Part shown: positions 61,771 to 64,000 of the stretch, in pieces
How positions within the stretch are numbered: the first letter of the stretch is position 1
Layout of the letters: the number at the start of each line of letters is the position of its first letter
IMG/VR virus record: IMGVR_UViG_3300031760_003860
Source: an uncultured virus (IMG/VR IMGVR_UViG_3300031760_003860)
Taxonomy: Duplodnaviria; Heunggongvirae; Uroviricota; Caudoviricetes
Strand: one strand, 5' to 3'
Length of the DNA: 64,000 nucleotides
Translations under genes and position numbers: made by a program
Notes under the pieces: generated by a model
Database searches by the model: none
Told to the model about the DNA's origin: nothing
What the model saw: the letters and a program-made list of their open reading frames with translations, nothing else

Positions 61771-62565
61771 ATGAAAATAGATTTAACATATAAATGCTCT
61801 ATGGGTTGTTCACACTGTATGTTAGCCTGTACAGAAAATGGAGAAGAGATGAAACTAGATGTACTAAAGGATGTGATGGGTTTTATTAAGACACATAAAA
61901 TACCGTATGTCTTATTATCGGGTGGAGAGTTATTTGAGCATAGTAGCATTTTAGATTGTATGAAGTTGATTCTAGAAAATACAGATGCCAAAACTCCGAT
62001 AATGATTACTACAAATGGGAGAAAACTTTCTAGTGATATAGATATGCTAGAAAAGTTTAAAGAAATAATTGCACCTCATAAAAAGAGAATCATGATGCAG
62101 GTAACAGATGACGATAGATTCTATCCAACTAAATTAGATAGTAAACAGAGATATCGTTTAGAGAAATTAGGTGCTACTATAGAACCAGTACCATCCAGAA
62201 ATCCAGAAGATAGAAACAGATGTCTTTATCCTCAGGGTAGAGCATTAGAAAATTTTACAGATGAATGGTATGATTCTATAGCACCAAAATGTATTAACTG
62301 TCGTTTAATGGTAAAACAAGGAGTTAATAGTTTTCATAAATTAGTTATGACGTTAATGAGTGCGGCTAAACTGTGCACACCAGCCATCGCACCGGATGGT
62401 TCTATTAAACTTGGAGAGTCAGCTTTATGCCCAGCTTGTTCAAGTATATATAAGAGCGATTCAGAAATTATAGAAGATATAAGAAAATTTGATTGTGGAG
62501 CTTGCAAATATTCTTGGGAGAAAGCGAAGCATAATACTGAAATGATGGACATAATGTGTCAATAA
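61771..62565 (+). CDS. Radical SAM protein
   Basis: LTYKCSMGCSHC (CxxxCxxC), LSGGE, ITTNG. Confidence 0.88.
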   Translation: MKIDLTYKCSMGCSHCMLACTENGEEMKLDVLKDVMGFIKTHKIPYVLLSGGELFEHSSILDCMKLILENTDAKTPIMITTNGRKLSSDIDMLEKFKEIIAPHKKRIMMQVTDDDRFYPTKLDSKQRYRLEKLGATIEPVPSRNPEDRNRCLYPQGRALENFTDEWYDSIAPKCINCRLMVKQGVNSFHKLVMTLMSAAKLCTPAIAPDGSIKLGESALCPACSSIYKSDSEIIEDIRKFDCGACKYSWEKAKHNTEMMDIMCQ

Positions 62566-62607
62566 AAAGAAGGTACTAGAGTTTTATTCTCTAGTACCTT
62601 CTTTTTT
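62564..62607. terminator. Bidirectional intrinsic terminator
   Basis: AAAAAGAAGGTACTAGAG / CTCTAGTACCTTCTTTTT between convergent genes. Confidence 0.8.
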
Positions 62608-63017
62608 TATTTTTGTCGCGATTTTAAATCGGCAATCAGTAGCAATTCTACATTTTGTATGACAAAACGCATTAAGTAATCTTCACTGAAATAATAAGCA
62701 AAGTTTTCCTGCGTTCCTTTTCCTATGTTAGCATAAATTTCTTTTGATAAAATCTCCAGCTCTTCTTCAATGCGATAGTATCTCATTGTGTTTAAGTCAT
62801 ATACGAGAGCTTTACGTTTTTCAAAACTCATATTAATACACCAACTAACAATGTTAATTACATCTTCATGTGATAATGTTGGTTTAAATGGTATTTTTGG
62901 AGTTTCATTAGATGGCATTTTATCTATTTTTTTAGCTATAAATAAAAATCCTAGTATAATCACACCCAAAATAGCAACTAGAGATAAAAGAAATAAACAG
63001 CGTGTTACAATATCCAT
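62607..63017 (-). CDS. Membrane-anchored hypothetical protein
   Basis: N-terminal hydrophobic helix; RBS AAGGAGG. Confidence 0.7.
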   Translation of the reverse strand: MDIVTRCLFLLSLVAILGVIILGFLFIAKKIDKMPSNETPKIPFKPTLSHEDVINIVSWCINMSFEKRKALVYDLNTMRYYRIEEELEILSKEIYANIGKGTQENFAYYFSEDYLMRFVIQNVELLLIADLKSRQK

Positions 63018-63039
63018 ATATTACCTCCTTAAGTATATC

Positions 63040-63714
63040 TTAACTCCATTCCCGTATAGTATCTCTTAATTCAAGTATACCATTATCCGTACTATCATAT
63101 CTGAGAGAAGTTTCGATATATTCATTAATTTTATCTCTTTGTTCTCGACTTATTCCATATCCATATTTTCTGATAAATCGGTTTATATTACCAAAACCTT
63201 GTTTCATATTCAGAAAGATATTGTTTTCATGAACCTCTTCATGTGCCGTTTTACTTAGCATGACTACCTGCACATTATTTTCATAATGCTCTTGTATTAC
63301 CTTAGTAGTCATACCGAATGTAGAAAGAACCCTTCCATGATATAATTCGCTATCTGTCATAATAGAAATTACATCAAAAAGAGTAAGTATTGGTCCATGA
63401 TGCATTTCTATCTCTGTCATAGAGTTGGGTTCTTCTGGAAGCTCGATATTGGGATGTATTTGACACACATTTAATCCTAACTCATGTAATTTTCCTTTAT
63501 ATTGCTTATATTCTTTTGAACTTCTTACCATTTTTTCTACAGCTTTTACATAACGGACAAAGTTATCATAAGGTGCAAAGTATTCATTATCTTTATAAAA
63601 AGGAATCTCGAAACCTACACCATAATCATTATCTAAAATCGGCATACGGTTCGTCCCTGTAAATGAAATACCTGGTATTTTTGGCATAGCTACCCTCTCC
63701 TTTCTTATTCTCAT
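63040..63714 (-). CDS. HNH-like protein (paralog of 54547..55703)
   Basis: VEKMVRSSKEYKQY, IEMHHGPILTLFD, VVMLSKTAHEEVH; late promoter at 63719-63730. Confidence 0.7.
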   Translation of the reverse strand: MRIRKERVAMPKIPGISFTGTNRMPILDNDYGVGFEIPFYKDNEYFAPYDNFVRYVKAVEKMVRSSKEYKQYKGKLHELGLNVCQIHPNIELPEEPNSMTEIEMHHGPILTLFDVISIMTDSELYHGRVLSTFGMTTKVIQEHYENNVQVVMLSKTAHEEVHENNIFLNMKQGFGNINRFIRKYGYGISREQRDKINEYIETSLRYDSTDNGILELRDTIREWS

Positions 63715-63782
63715 AGGTTACATAAATGTTTCCTTAATACAAGCACATAATTTTAATAATACTTTAGAAAGGAGAAGTATTC

Positions 63783-64000
63783 ATGAATTTCGAACAGATA
63801 CAGAAGTATTTTAAACTTATATTAGATAGCTTAGTGATAAAATACCAATCTGAAGCAGATTCAGAAGATACGATTGAATCTGTATTGGCTTTTGAAAAAT
63901 ATAAGATTGCAAAACTTAAGCAAGATACTATTTACTCACATCCTACAATAGATTTAGAAGTTCTTCTGGATGCTGGGTTTAGCGAAAGTGAAGCTATCAA
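63783..64000 (+). CDS. Hypothetical protein, truncated by window end
   Basis: RBS AAGGAG; MNFEQIQKYFKLILDSLVIKYQ... open to the window end. Confidence 0.7.
   Translation, partial: MNFEQIQKYFKLILDSLVIKYQSEADSEDTIESVLAFEKYKIAKLKQDTIYSHPTIDLEVLLDAGFSESEAI

Overview
The window is a segment of an AT-rich jumbo bacteriophage genome of the AR9/PBS1/phiKZ-like type. The host is probably a Firmicute, judging from the SH3b, CHAP, C39-peptidase and glucosaminidase domains. Left half: polyphosphate kinase, baseplate/tail genes, a 4109-aa tape-measure-like protein with lytic domains, RusA, and the beta and beta-prime subunits of a phage multisubunit RNA polymerase. Middle: a ~2.1 kb AT-rich non-coding region (possible origin, small-RNA cluster). 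Right half: RNase HI, a GH73 lysin, a PemK/MazF-like protein, intein-containing NrdD, MazG-like, SLOG, kinase-like, PolB-like, radical SAM and many hypothetical genes. The main signal missing from the ORF track is seven group I introns, none with an intact ORF. Splice junctions were placed from P1 U.G pairing and reading-frame restoration. Three introns form a closely similar family dispersed in unrelated genes, and two of them sit after the same ATGAAT hexamer. One intron appears to end in A rather than G, one carries a structured RNA with its own promoter-like motif in its P6 loop, and one has a decayed GIY-YIG remnant. The introns are mosaics of shared structural modules. AR9-type AACA-N6-TA/G late promoters mark several unannotated structured ncRNA candidates. 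All calls come from motif recognition by eye; no searches were run.
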